Part shown: in pieces, positions 29,403-38,847 of the stretch | Layout of the letters: every line of letters starts with the position of its first letter | Numbering within the stretch: the stretch's first letter is position 1 | NCBI GenBank assembly: GCA_014687725.1 | Contig: GCA_014687725.1_4094.1 | DNA: 64,000 nucleotides | From: a phage | Direction: 5' to 3' (one strand) | The notes under the pieces: model-generated | The model's database searches: none | The model's input: the letters and a program-made list of their open reading frames with translations, nothing else | Told to the model about the DNA's origin: nothing | Program-made: the position numbers and the translations under genes

Positions 29403-29463
29403 CAGAACTGATGTTATGATGTATTCTTAATAAACCATAAAAATTGCGGTAAAGGATAAAATC

Positions 29464-29745
29464 ATGCGTTCATTTGAAAACTTAATAGGTAAGCATCTTT
29501 TATCTGAAATTGATGCAGACGTTAAAGAATTATCCAAATCAAAAAGTTACATTCATTTGGATGAACTGTTTATTAAGTACGGTGAGATTGGTTTTAAGTC
29601 ATTATTTGTTTTTACTATGAAAGTACATAGTTTAAAGTACTTCGATTTGAGTGCTAAAGATGGTGAACCGAATCTATATTACATGTATTACCTTAAGAAC
29701 AAAGATGAAGCTAATACATTACTCTCTGAATATATATTGGGGTAA
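29464..29745 (+). CDS. hypothetical protein (93 aa)
   Basis: AAGGA RBS. Confidence 0.5.
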   Translation: MRSFENLIGKHLLSEIDADVKELSKSKSYIHLDELFIKYGEIGFKSLFVFTMKVHSLKYFDLSAKDGEPNLYYMYYLKNKDEANTLLSEYILG

Positions 29746-29747
29746 AA

Positions 29748-30086
29748 ATGGAACAATATTTTGAATTAATAAACAAAGTATCATTTTATGTAGTATCTTT
29801 GGTTTGGGTGTATTATATGTTTTGCTACATTATTGCATTCTTCCGATACACTACTTTATATGAACGTATCTACTATGATGCCCCAATTTCATTCTTGATG
29901 TTTTGTGCATGTACGTGGGGAATATTAGAAGTACTGATATGTGGGTATAGTACTGATGAATTAAATCTGGTATCGGTCTTGACTGGGTTTTCATTTGTTG
30001 TTATGATAGCTGCCGTTCCAGTATGGTTGTTCTTTGTACTAGTTCATCGCATTGATATATGGCGTTCTAATATCCCTGAAAAGTAA
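29748..30086 (+). CDS. small membrane protein family (W/F-Y-F-K ... R-x-N-x-P tail), member
   Basis: Two or three hydrophobic helices; C-terminal RIDIWRSNIPEK. Confidence 0.55.
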   Translation: MEQYFELINKVSFYVVSLVWVYYMFCYIIAFFRYTTLYERIYYDAPISFLMFCACTWGILEVLICGYSTDELNLVSVLTGFSFVVMIAAVPVWLFFVLVHRIDIWRSNIPEK

Positions 30087-30095
30087 GGATTGGTA

Positions 30096-30437
30096 ATGAT
30101 TTATTACACTAACATGTTTGCCTATGCTGTTGCTTGCATTTACATTGTTTACTTCTTATTCGGTGGAGTACTGTGCTTCTTTAAGTACAAAACGTTGTTC
30201 AACCGAATGTACCCAAATCATCCAATTGTAGTTGTACTTTTGATTCTTTCAGTTTCTCAAATAATCGTTGAAACTACAATGGGTATCAGTAGTGTACATT
30301 ATAGTTTTGGTACTATAGTAATTATTACTATGCTTATTGCATACATTTTAGTACTTGGATATGGTATCTTTGGTAATATTGGTATGAAAATGTATCATCG
30401 AATTAAAACATTACGTGATAATCTACCGGAGCGTTGA
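30096..30437 (+). CDS. small membrane protein family member (113 aa)
   Basis: FKYKTLFNRMYP motif, C-terminal RIKTLRDNLPER. Confidence 0.55.
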   Translation: MIYYTNMFAYAVACIYIVYFLFGGVLCFFKYKTLFNRMYPNHPIVVVLLILSVSQIIVETTMGISSVHYSFGTIVIITMLIAYILVLGYGIFGNIGMKMYHRIKTLRDNLPER

Positions 30438-30438
30438 T

Positions 30439-30783
30439 ATGTATAATTTGAACCTAATCTCATATATTATAACAACACTGTTTACATTCTATGCCTTTGT
30501 TGGTATAATCCTACTGTACTTTAAATTTTATAAAGTGTTTAACCGTTTCTATCCTTCAATGGAGAATGAGTTTTTCTTTGTATTGTACGTAGGTTACACA
30601 TTAATGGCTACATGTTTCACTGTAGCCGATGGTGTCATCGGCATTAAAACTGATTCCCCAAATGGTAGTACGCTGGTTGCATTTATTCTTACCGGATTCC
30701 TTGCAACTTATATTGCCTTCATTACAACATGGTCAGTGGTTGAATTTCTCTTGCGACTACGAAAGAATATGCCGAATCGATAG
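30439..30783 (+). CDS. small membrane protein family member (114 aa)
   Basis: FKFYKVFNRFYP motif, C-terminal LRLRKNMPNR. Confidence 0.55.
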   Translation: MYNLNLISYIITTLFTFYAFVGIILLYFKFYKVFNRFYPSMENEFFFVLYVGYTLMATCFTVADGVIGIKTDSPNGSTLVAFILTGFLATYIAFITTWSVVEFLLRLRKNMPNR

Positions 30784-30792
30784 GAGACATAT

Positions 30793-31047
30793 ATGTTTGC
30801 ATTGCGTAACAAAAACACTAAAGAATTATTATGTATTGATACCGTATGGGATTGTGCGGGTTCAACTACAGTTCTTGAAGAAGGAACTGGATATTGCGTG
30901 TTTGTTGTACATGATAGGAATGAACTCGAATTATTACTTGCTGAGTTCAATGCTGGTGGTAATCCTAACAGTACTGAATACCCTGAGATTATCAATCCAG
31001 CACCTCCAGGTTCATATGAAATCCTACCACTATGGGTGTTGAAATAA
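30793..31047 (+). CDS. hypothetical protein (84 aa)
   Basis: Strong AGGAG RBS. Confidence 0.5.
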   Translation: MFALRNKNTKELLCIDTVWDCAGSTTVLEEGTGYCVFVVHDRNELELLLAEFNAGGNPNSTEYPEIINPAPPGSYEILPLWVLK

Positions 31048-31427
31048 TGCGACAAATGTACAAAGTAACCGAGCTAAACAAGCGTCTGGTTAAACAATCT
31101 ATGTTTGAGGATAAAGAGTCTTACTATAACTTTAAACGTGCTGTAGAGGCTGCTATCCACATTCAGAAGCTTAAAGAACGTGGTTGTATTATTCTGGAAA
31201 ATGGTTCGGAAGTTGTAACGGATGACTTTAGTGTAGCGTTTGATGTTTCACCTGATGGGACGCTATCAATGCCCCGCTTAGGAACTGGAAACATGACTGT
31301 TTGGGTTGGCTTCACTATGGGGAATGTACCTGGTACTGTGTACGTAGATGCTGCGGAATTGAAAGACAGTTTCAAAAACTTATCTTATCTTGAACCACAA
31401 TACGCACATGAAATGAATTTATTTTGA
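31047..31427 (+). CDS. hypothetical protein (126 aa)
   Basis: Internal ATG of track ORF 31032-31427. Confidence 0.5.
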   Translation: MRQMYKVTELNKRLVKQSMFEDKESYYNFKRAVEAAIHIQKLKERGCIILENGSEVVTDDFSVAFDVSPDGTLSMPRLGTGNMTVWVGFTMGNVPGTVYVDAAELKDSFKNLSYLEPQYAHEMNLF

Positions 31428-31428
31428 G

Positions 31429-31487
31429 TTGACAAACACATTCAGTACTGTATAATGCTTATCAAGGGGGATGAACTTCTCATCCCT
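31429..31487 (+). promoter_or_regulatory. promoter TTGACA-N16-TATAAT plus leader stem-loop (PeSL-like)
   Basis: TTGACA 31429-31434, TATAAT 31451-31456, hairpin GGGATGA-ACTTC-TCATCCC 31468-31486. Confidence 0.6.
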
Positions 31488-31504
31488 ACAATCGAGGAAC
31501 TACC

Positions 31505-32059
31505 ATGATTACTTTTAAGAAAACTGCTAACCACATCCATGAAATCTACATTAACGGTCATAAAGCTGGCCTTCTTCGTTTACTCGCCCATCATCCTAAT
31601 GCTACCGTATCTGATAATGAACCTAAAGATTGGCGTGTCTTTTTCTTTGGAAAGTACAGTGATTTTCAAGTATCAAACCTGAAGAACATTCGTTCAGTAT
31701 GCACGTTAACTGAAATTAAAGAAAAGTTAGCACAAGCCTTGAAAACTAATCCAGATGGTGTTCTTCCACCTGATAACTTTGTAGAGAAAGGTTATGCCTT
31801 AGCTCATTTCAAAGATGGTACTATTCAATCTATCAGTACTGAATATGAATATCATTGGACTGAGTACTTCACTTATGGTTCGAGTAATACATTGATGGAT
31901 TCACGTAGTAAATTGGAAGAAGTACTGACTCGTATGAATGAACGCGAGCGTCAGTTATATGACAAACCAGAAATGTGGAGTTCAACTTACATTGACCGTA
32001 TTGACTATGTTATTATGACTCCAATCTTTGACACTGCTTACTATGATTCTTTGAAATAA
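31505..32059 (+). CDS. hypothetical protein (184 aa)
   Basis: ORF downstream of promoter. Confidence 0.55.
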   Translation: MITFKKTANHIHEIYINGHKAGLLRLLAHHPNATVSDNEPKDWRVFFFGKYSDFQVSNLKNIRSVCTLTEIKEKLAQALKTNPDGVLPPDNFVEKGYALAHFKDGTIQSISTEYEYHWTEYFTYGSSNTLMDSRSKLEEVLTRMNERERQLYDKPEMWSSTYIDRIDYVIMTPIFDTAYYDSLK

Positions 32060-32070
32060 GGATAACTTAT

Positions 32071-32247
32071 ATGAAACTACGTACTCGTAATCGACTGATG
32101 GATGCACTGTACCATGAACAGCTTTCACTGAATGAAGTGAAGCGTCAGTTAATGTACACATATCAGTTTCCCGCTCGCATTGCAAAACAACGTGCTAAAG
32201 AATTGCTGAAAGAAGCAATCGAGTACTGGGAATCTGATTCGTACTAA
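32071..32247 (+). CDS. hypothetical protein (58 aa)
   Basis: AAGGA RBS; below track cutoff. Confidence 0.4.
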   Translation: MKLRTRNRLMDALYHEQLSLNEVKRQLMYTYQFPARIAKQRAKELLKEAIEYWESDSY

Positions 32248-32251
32248 CATT

Positions 32252-32623
32252 ATGAATATAGATTTGAAAGGTGCAACCCGAACTGTTATCCTCATTGGGG
32301 AATATGCTATCAAGATTCCAACCTTTAAAAGTTGGAAGCTATTCTTAACAGGGATGATAGCTAACCTCAATGAACGTTCGTGGATGCAGTACTCCAATCG
32401 TAGTGATAGTAGTATCTGCCCTACGTTGTGGTCATCATGTACTGGACTAGTAACTGTACAGAAACGTTGTAAGCCAGTACAACATAGGGGTTTATTTTGG
32501 GTGGAGTTGTGTGCTTTAGCATTGAATTCAGAGTTAAGTACTGACTTCTTCTATTCAGATGCGAAGCCAGAAAACTTTGGGTATCTGGGTGGTAAGTTAG
32601 TTAAACTTGATTATGGAGATTAA
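32252..32623 (+). CDS. hypothetical protein (123 aa)
   Basis: ORF in cluster. Confidence 0.45.
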   Translation: MNIDLKGATRTVILIGEYAIKIPTFKSWKLFLTGMIANLNERSWMQYSNRSDSSICPTLWSSCTGLVTVQKRCKPVQHRGLFWVELCALALNSELSTDFFYSDAKPENFGYLGGKLVKLDYGD

Positions 32624-32624
32624 T

Positions 32625-32894
32625 ATGTACGCACTGTATAATAAAGAAAAGAAACGATTTGCTAAGGTTGAAATTTCGATTGATACATTTGATATGTTGG
32701 AGTACTGTATTGTAACGGACCTATATGCTAACTTGTATTACGTTCTTGATGACGTATCAGTACTGCAACGATTGCTTGAGAATTCCAAAAGTCAATGCCA
32801 AGGCATCCATGATGGTTCATCTTATGAAACACCTGAGTGTTCCTACGGCTATCTGGACGGGTATGAGATTGTGAAGTTGGGGATCATTGAATAA
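32625..32894 (+). CDS. hypothetical protein (89 aa)
   Basis: GGAG RBS before internal ATG. Confidence 0.5.
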   Translation: MYALYNKEKKRFAKVEISIDTFDMLEYCIVTDLYANLYYVLDDVSVLQRLLENSKSQCQGIHDGSSYETPECSYGYLDGYEIVKLGIIE

Positions 32895-32898
32895 AGAA

Positions 32899-32933
32899 AA
32901 GGGTTGACTTCGGTCAGCCCTTTTTGCTATAAT
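32899..32933 (+). terminator. terminator-promoter cassette (GGGTTGAC-TTCG-GTCAGCCC, T5, GC-TATAAT)
   Basis: Hairpin 32901-32920, T-run 32921-32925, TATAAT 32928-32933. Confidence 0.75.
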
Positions 32934-32961
32934 TATTTCATCAAGACGAGAGGATGAATAC

Positions 32962-33477
32962 ATGACACGCATTAACTTAGTACACGTTAAAGAACTTGCT
33001 GACCAACATCTGATGGCTGAATATCGTGAACTCCCACGTGTATTTGGTGCTGTACAAAAACACGTTCAAGCACGTAAGCGTGTACGTGATTTCAAAATTA
33101 ACAGTACTTATCTGTTAGGTTCAGGTCATGTGACATTCTTTTACGACAAGTTGCTGTACTTACAGAAGCGTCATATCGATATTGTTAACGAATGTTTGCG
33201 TCGTGGTATGAAGATTCAAAACACTGAAGTAAACGACATTAGCGGCTTCCCTGCTGAGTTTTGTAATGACTACGTACCAACGGAGTCAGAGATTAAAATG
33301 TCTCGTGATCGTTTGATTGAGAAGCTCCAGATGAAGCCTACGTGGTATAAGTTTACTGATGTTGAATGTCCACAGTACGTTAAAGATATGCAGAACGTAA
33401 GTAGTAAGAACGAATCTAGTACTGATATGTTCGACGAAATTGAAGAACAAATCAAAGATGAAATGAATAATTATTAA
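32962..33477 (+). CDS. denV: pyrimidine dimer DNA glycosylase / AP lyase (T4 endonuclease V family) with C-terminal extension
   Basis: N-terminus [31 protein letters not shown]...RVRDFKI...[10 protein letters not shown] closely matches recalled T4 endonuclease V; 171 aa. Confidence 0.9.
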   Translation: MTRINLVHVKELADQHLMAEYRELPRVFGAVQKHVQARKRVRDFKINSTYLLGSGHVTFFYDKLLYLQKRHIDIVNECLRRGMKIQNTEVNDISGFPAEFCNDYVPTESEIKMSRDRLIEKLQMKPTWYKFTDVECPQYVKDMQNVSSKNESSTDMFDEIEEQIKDEMNNY

Positions 33478-33515
33478 AGGAAAGGGTTGACTTCGGTTAC
33501 ACAAAGGAACATAAC

Positions 33516-33710
33516 ATGTTATTAGTATATTCAAAGCGTTTCTGGATTTCTTTTATTGTACTATCGCTAATCGGCTTCGGTTTGAGTATACTCTTTTCGT
33601 GGGATGAATTGGGTACATGGTATTATGAAGTCCCGTGGTACATGAAGATAGCTCCTTGTTATGCGGCATTGTTCGTGTCATTCCTTATTGTTGTCTTCAG
33701 CGAGGATTAG
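33516..33710 (+). CDS. hypothetical small membrane protein (64 aa)
   Basis: Two hydrophobic helices. Confidence 0.4.
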   Translation: MLLVYSKRFWISFIVLSLIGFGLSILFSWDELGTWYYEVPWYMKIAPCYAALFVSFLIVVFSED

Positions 33711-33816
33711 TTGATGTAGTATGTGCTACACCAAAGTATTTGGATATTTTAGATATAAACATTGACACCTGTTCTATCTTTCTGTATTATGTACATCACC
33801 AAATGAGGAATACAAC

Positions 33817-34176
33817 ATGGCATCTTTAAGTGAAATCGCAGAATACAACCCACTAACAATCTCAACAATTCAACGTACAAAAACTTTTTATTTCCGTCCT
33901 GCTGATGGATGGAAACGTGGAATGAATGGTGACTATCGAGTACTGGAAGATTCACTAATCGAGCGTATCAACTCTGAACTACAGAAGTATGAAGGTGTTA
34001 AAGTTGTGCGTTCAACTTCTCGTTATTTTGAGTACTACATTGAGTCTTCAACTGTAAATGAAAACTCATCATTCTCGGTGGACAACACTGATATTCTTCG
34101 TAATGCTGTTGGTCTTTTATGCAGGATTGCAGAAGAAATTGGATTAACTATCACCACAATGAGTGAGTTAGAATAA
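33817..34176 (+). CDS. hypothetical protein (119 aa)
   Basis: ORF followed by terminator. Confidence 0.55.
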   Translation: MASLSEIAEYNPLTISTIQRTKTFYFRPADGWKRGMNGDYRVLEDSLIERINSELQKYEGVKVVRSTSRYFEYYIESSTVNENSSFSVDNTDILRNAVGLLCRIAEEIGLTITTMSELE

Positions 34177-34180
34177 CATA

Positions 34181-34215
34181 AAGGGTTGACTTCGGTCAGC
34201 CCTTTTTGCTATAAT
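34181..34215 (+). terminator. terminator-promoter cassette
   Basis: Hairpin 34183-34202, T-run, TATAAT 34210-34215. Confidence 0.75.
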
Positions 34216-34241
34216 TATTTTATCGAAACGAGAGGTAATAC

Positions 34242-34475
34242 ATGAAACTATCTTTTATACGTTTAGCAGAATTCTTCGGTACTGATATTATTACTTTACA
34301 ACAAATTGCAGACAATACTTCATTAAGTACACAAGAAGTACTTGACTTGGATGTAATTAAGTGCGATAATACTTCCATCGATTACAAAGAAGGTCTTGTC
34401 GAAAAAGATAAGATTCAGGCTAAGATTAATGGTGCTGGACGGGTTCAGTACTGGAAAGGAGTTTTAAGTAAATGA
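34242..34475 (+). CDS. hypothetical protein (77 aa)
   Basis: ORF downstream of cassette. Confidence 0.45.
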   Translation: MKLSFIRLAEFFGTDIITLQQIADNTSLSTQEVLDLDVIKCDNTSIDYKEGLVEKDKIQAKINGAGRVQYWKGVLSK

Positions 34476-35896
34476 AAATTTATATTGATAAATTTGGAAC
34501 GACTTATGAATATTATGATTATACACATTATAATTCATATATACAAAAAAATCATAACCAAATGTCACCTTATTTGCATTATGAAGATTTAATGGAACTA
34601 TTCTCTAAAAATTTAAATTCTATTAAATTTATTGGTTTTAAAGATCCAACATGGAAAAGTTCACATACGCATGTGTATTTTGAATATGATAATATGGTAT
34701 ATGAACATTCAATATCAAATATCAAAACAAAATTCGCTGATCATAGATATAAACCAGGTAGAATATGTAGAACCTTGGAACAAATTATAAATGAGTCCAT
34801 TTATATATTTAAAAAATATGATAAATTTAATTTTCATAGCATTGCATCATTTAATGGAGCACGAACTATAATCAATTATACAATTGAAGGACGTGAAAGA
34901 ATATTTTCTATATCATTCAATTCATTAATAAAAGATTTTAAAGGGGGAAGCCCATGTTATTCATATGAAGAAGTAGAAAATATATCTATAAAAAAATTAA
35001 ATGAACATAATTTGAGATTTATCTCAATTAGTAAATTTAATGGTGTGTTTAGTTGTATTGAATATGAACAACCAACTCAGAAAGGAAAAAAATATGTTGA
35101 TTTTAATATATTAATCTATAATGAATGGAAAGGTAATCTACCGAATATAACTAATGAAGAGGTGAATAATCGAATTTCAGAAAAAATGAAAAAACTAAAT
35201 ATCAATGAATATGAAATTGTAGAATATAACAGTACTAGGAGCATGGTTGAATATACAGTTGATGATATTTCATATACAACTAGTTACGATAAGATTATGC
35301 ATCCAACTTGGAAAGGTAATCCAAGATATACAAAAGAAAGAATAATAAAATTGTCGAAAAAATATTGCAAGGGTAAAAAATTTCAATTTAATAAAATAAT
35401 TGGTAATGTTAAAGGAATTAATACTATCATTGAATTAGAACTTGAAAATGGTATGTTTATATATCCAAAATTTATACAATTAAAAGGAGGTTCTGACTTT
35501 AATACATCCACTGATGGTAAGATTTTAACAGAAATAATTTATCCTTTGTTCGACAATTATATCACACAAAAACGTTTTGAAAATTGTAGAAATCCTGAAA
35601 CTGGATACTTGTTGCCATATGATTTGTATGTTCCAGAATTTAATTTATTATTAGAAAAAGATGGAGTGCAACATTACAATCCAACAGCATATTTTAATAA
35701 AACATATGAATCATATTTGAAATTGAGAGAGAGAGATGAATTTAAAAACAAATATGCCATATCAAATGGTTATAATTTCATGCGAATAGCAGATTATGAA
35801 GATCATGAAAAAATATTGAAATCTTTCCTTAAACTCATTGAAGAGAATCCAGGAAAGCAAATTGTGCAGATCTATGGTGAAGTACAAATTATCTAA
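34472..35896 (+). CDS. putative PD-(D/E)xK (Vsr-like) endonuclease with N-terminal repeated modules; homing-endonuclease-like
   Basis: C-terminal YDLYVPEFNLLLEKDGVQHY ... RDEFKNKYAISNGYNFMRIADYE; N-terminal roughly 50-aa repeats; Lys/Asn-rich. Confidence 0.5.
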   Translation: MKIYIDKFGTTYEYYDYTHYNSYIQKNHNQMSPYLHYEDLMELFSKNLNSIKFIGFKDPTWKSSHTHVYFEYDNMVYEHSISNIKTKFADHRYKPGRICRTLEQIINESIYIFKKYDKFNFHSIASFNGARTIINYTIEGRERIFSISFNSLIKDFKGGSPCYSYEEVENISIKKLNEHNLRFISISKFNGVFSCIEYEQPTQKGKKYVDFNILIYNEWKGNLPNITNEEVNNRISEKMKKLNINEYEIVEYNSTRSMVEYTVDDISYTTSYDKIMHPTWKGNPRYTKERIIKLSKKYCKGKKFQFNKIIGNVKGINTIIELELENGMFIYPKFIQLKGGSDFNTSTDGKILTEIIYPLFDNYITQKRFENCRNPETGYLLPYDLYVPEFNLLLEKDGVQHYNPTAYFNKTYESYLKLRERDEFKNKYAISNGYNFMRIADYEDHEKILKSFLKLIEENPGKQIVQIYGEVQII

Positions 35897-35901
35897 AACA
35901 A

Positions 35902-35936
35902 AAGGGTTGACTTCGGTCGGCCCTTTTTGCTATAAT
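35902..35936 (+). terminator. terminator-promoter cassette (variant GTCGGCCC arm)
   Basis: Hairpin 35904-35923, T-run, TATAAT 35931-35936. Confidence 0.7.
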
Positions 35937-35964
35937 TATTTCATCAACTGATGAGGATAACGAA

Positions 35965-36735
35965 ATGACCAGAGAAGCACGTAGCATTCAAATCCAGAAA
36001 AACTTCAACTCCATGATGGTTGCTCTTGAGTGTTTGCTCGACGATAGCAGTACTGTAAAAAGTATGGTTGTCAGCGGTGCACCTGGTGTTGGTAAGACTT
36101 ACACCCTGTCACAACGCCTCCAGAAAGCTCATGACGCAGCAGAATGGAACGTAGCCACTATCAGTGGTAAGATGACTACTCTTGCTCTGTATGAAGTTCT
36201 GTACAAGAATCGTCACAGCACTAATGTATTAGTACTTGATGATATGGATAGCATCTTTGAATCAGAAGATGGTATGAACCTACTTAAAGCTGTTTTGGAT
36301 AGTGGTAAGCGTACTGTATCTTATATGACTAGCTCTAAGTACTTGAGCACTAACGGCATTCCTAATAGCTTTGATTTTAATGGTCGCATCGTATTCATTA
36401 CTAACAAAGATTTAGCGTTAGATGCTAAAGCTAAAACTAAAATGTCTGCTCATTATGCTGCTCTTATGTCTCGTTCTGTGTACGTGGATTTACAGATTCA
36501 GACTAAAAGTGATATCATGATTCATATTGAAAATGTAATGACTAAGACTAATATTCTTGCATCTAAAGGTGTTAACAGTAACGGCAGTAAAGCAATTCTG
36601 AACTGGATGTTAAAACATGAAGATAATCTTCGTGCACCATCCCTGCGTATGCCTTTGTTGATTTCAGCAGTATATAACAACAATCCGTATGATTGGGAAG
36701 AACAATGTGAAAACTTGTTCCTTGAGAAAATCTAA
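35965..36735 (+). CDS. P-loop NTPase (AAA-like ATPase)
   Basis: Walker A SGAPGVGKT, Walker B-like VLVLDDMD. Confidence 0.65.
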   Translation: MTREARSIQIQKNFNSMMVALECLLDDSSTVKSMVVSGAPGVGKTYTLSQRLQKAHDAAEWNVATISGKMTTLALYEVLYKNRHSTNVLVLDDMDSIFESEDGMNLLKAVLDSGKRTVSYMTSSKYLSTNGIPNSFDFNGRIVFITNKDLALDAKAKTKMSAHYAALMSRSVYVDLQIQTKSDIMIHIENVMTKTNILASKGVNSNGSKAILNWMLKHEDNLRAPSLRMPLLISAVYNNNPYDWEEQCENLFLEKI

Positions 36736-36744
36736 TTACATATG

Positions 36745-36773
36745 TTGACAGTACTACCATCGTGTAGTACTAT
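36745..36773 (+). promoter_or_regulatory. promoter TTGACA-N17-TACTAT
   Basis: TTGACA 36745-36750; GGAG RBS before ATG 36803. Confidence 0.45.
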
Positions 36774-36802
36774 AACTTAATATTCACCACCGGAGATACG
36801 AT

Positions 36803-37144
36803 ATGCTTGAGTTTTTTAATTCAGATACAATGCTTGGTATCACGCTAATTTACATGTTTGTATTTTTGTGTTATCATTCAATTGTAATTAGTCTGTGGTA
36901 TTTTAAAAGGAAAATTGTTTTTAAATTGTATTCGGATGATAATGTAGTCTTAGTTTTATATAGTATTATCCAAGGTGGGTTTATTTTATTTGGTGTGATG
37001 ACATATGCGATTTACATGTTACAAATTGATAATACACCACACATTACACAATATCTTGTGTTTTCAGGTCTAATCGTGTGGTTGTTGGTGTGTAGCATGT
37101 ACTTTATTATTAAAGCTCGTGATAGAATTAAAGGGGATTTCTAA
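36803..37144 (+). CDS. small membrane protein family B, member 1
   Basis: WYFKRKIVFKLY motif, hydrophobic helices, C-terminal RDRIKGDF. Confidence 0.55.
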   Translation: MLEFFNSDTMLGITLIYMFVFLCYHSIVISLWYFKRKIVFKLYSDDNVVLVLYSIIQGGFILFGVMTYAIYMLQIDNTPHITQYLVFSGLIVWLLVCSMYFIIKARDRIKGDF

Positions 37145-37482
37145 TGTTAACATTCTTTAAGTCAGATACAATGCTTAGTATTACTTTGATTTATCTGTTT
37201 GGTTTTTTCTTTTATCATGCACTAGTTGTAGTACTATGGTATTTTAAAAAGAAAATTGTTTTTAAACTGTATCCAGTGAGGAATTCATCACTAGTTCTTT
37301 ACACACTTGTTCAAGGTTTGTTTGCAATTGTTGGTCTTATGGCACACTTAATTTATTGTGCTAATCCTCACTTGAACTCAATCTCACAATATATTGTATT
37401 CTTTGGGTTGTTCATTTGGTTAGTTGTATACTTAATCCATCTCATTATTCATGGTAGAGATAAAATTCGCGGAGACTTCTAA
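37144..37482 (+). CDS. small membrane protein family B, member 2
   Basis: Near-duplicate of member 1 (MLTFFKSDTMLSITLIY...RDKIRGDF). Confidence 0.6.
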   Translation: MLTFFKSDTMLSITLIYLFGFFFYHALVVVLWYFKKKIVFKLYPVRNSSLVLYTLVQGLFAIVGLMAHLIYCANPHLNSISQYIVFFGLFIWLVVYLIHLIIHGRDKIRGDF

Positions 37483-37829
37483 TGTTTGAAGCTTATCTTG
37501 AGTTTTTAAGGAGTAGTCCAGTTGCACATTCAATTGCAGGGATTATTCTAACAGGTTATGTAACATTTTGGGTAGTTATGTTTCTAGGATGGTATTTTAA
37601 ACGACAATTCTATAAGCGTAATGGTGAAGATTTTATGAATTCTTTCATTAATCAATCGTTGTTTGCATCAACATTGATTGCATGTATTGTGGCTGTTCTA
37701 GCCGGAAAAGCACTACCTGCTTTTTCAGTCGTTTATGGAACAATTGGTATGATATGTGTAGTTTTTCACTTGATCATTAAACTTTGTTGTGTTATGATTG
37801 ACCTTCGAAACAAGATACCGGAGGAATGA
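37482..37829 (+). CDS. small membrane protein family B, member 3
   Basis: WYFKRQFYKRNGEDF motif, C-terminal LRNKIPEE. Confidence 0.55.
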   Translation: MFEAYLEFLRSSPVAHSIAGIILTGYVTFWVVMFLGWYFKRQFYKRNGEDFMNSFINQSLFASTLIACIVAVLAGKALPAFSVVYGTIGMICVVFHLIIKLCCVMIDLRNKIPEE

Positions 37830-38164
37830 TGGAATATTTTTTACACTTACTGCCGTGGTATATGAAAGTTAGTACCATGTACTATATTATTAGTGCTGGA
37901 TTCTACTTTCTGATGTGGTTCTTTAAACGACCAATTTCAGTATTCATCGCTGATAACATGCTGCAATTAAAATTACACGCATGGTTTGGTCTGGCGATGA
38001 TTATGCCTATTATTCACTACTCAATGATTAGTAGAGGTTTCCGTTCTAATGGTGAACCAATTGTATTAGTATTCTATTGGGGTTCAACTATTGCATATGT
38101 AAGTTTGTTGTTGTTCCCAGTCGTTCATAAGTTACGTGCTAAAGTTCCTGATGCGAGGTACTAA
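37826..38164 (+). CDS. small membrane protein family B, member 4
   Basis: WFFKRPISVFI motif, C-terminal LRAKVPDARY. Confidence 0.55.
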   Translation: MMEYFLHLLPWYMKVSTMYYIISAGFYFLMWFFKRPISVFIADNMLQLKLHAWFGLAMIMPIIHYSMISRGFRSNGEPIVLVFYWGSTIAYVSLLLFPVVHKLRAKVPDARY

Positions 38165-38478
38165 TGGATATAGTAACATTGATTTACACGTTGTATTCAT
38201 TCTATTTCATTATGTGTTGGGTTGGATTTTTATTTGTACTCAAGATGTTTGATTATGTTGAAAAACAGATAAAAGAATTTTGTATTCCTTTTATCGGTTC
38301 AACCATTATTAGTGTTTCTTGTGTGTATTTTTTGGTTTTTGATCCACCAGATAACACTGCAATGATTGACTTGATGTTACTACCAACAACTGTTACTTTT
38401 TTATGTAGTCTGATGCCGCCGATTAGCCGTGGACTAACAGAATTTAGACGCAATCAAAAGCGTAAACGAGGGATGTAA
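38164..38478 (+). CDS. small membrane protein family B, member 5
   Basis: Hydrophobic helices, basic tail RRNQKRKRGM. Confidence 0.5.
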   Translation: MDIVTLIYTLYSFYFIMCWVGFLFVLKMFDYVEKQIKEFCIPFIGSTIISVSCVYFLVFDPPDNTAMIDLMLLPTTVTFLCSLMPPISRGLTEFRRNQKRKRGM

Positions 38479-38846
38479 TGGAAATTGCTCTTATTATCTT
38501 AACTGCTATGTTGTTTATTAGTACTGTGGTTATAATTGGTAAATTCTTTTGTGTATCATTTTTAGAAACGGTATACGATGAAATTGCTGATGATTATGAA
38601 CTACAAGCCGGATTTTTCATTACGTATTGGCTTAGTTTATTTTGTCTAGTCATTGCTTGGATTTTACATATCTTTAAATGGGGTATGGTAGACGGTGATC
38701 CTATTATGGCAATTATTGTTCTAGTGTTTGGTATCCTTGGTGGTGCAGTGCATAATCTAATGGTTATCTGGCAAACTGTTCAATATGTTTTGGTTCCCTA
38801 TTTCGAAAAGATGCACAGTACAATTAAAAAACGTAAACGAGGTTAG
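38478..38846 (+). CDS. small membrane protein family B, member 6
   Basis: Hydrophobic helices, basic tail IKKRKRG. Confidence 0.5.
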   Translation: MEIALIILTAMLFISTVVIIGKFFCVSFLETVYDEIADDYELQAGFFITYWLSLFCLVIAWILHIFKWGMVDGDPIMAIIVLVFGILGGAVHNLMVIWQTVQYVLVPYFEKMHSTIKKRKRG

Positions 38847-38847
38847 T

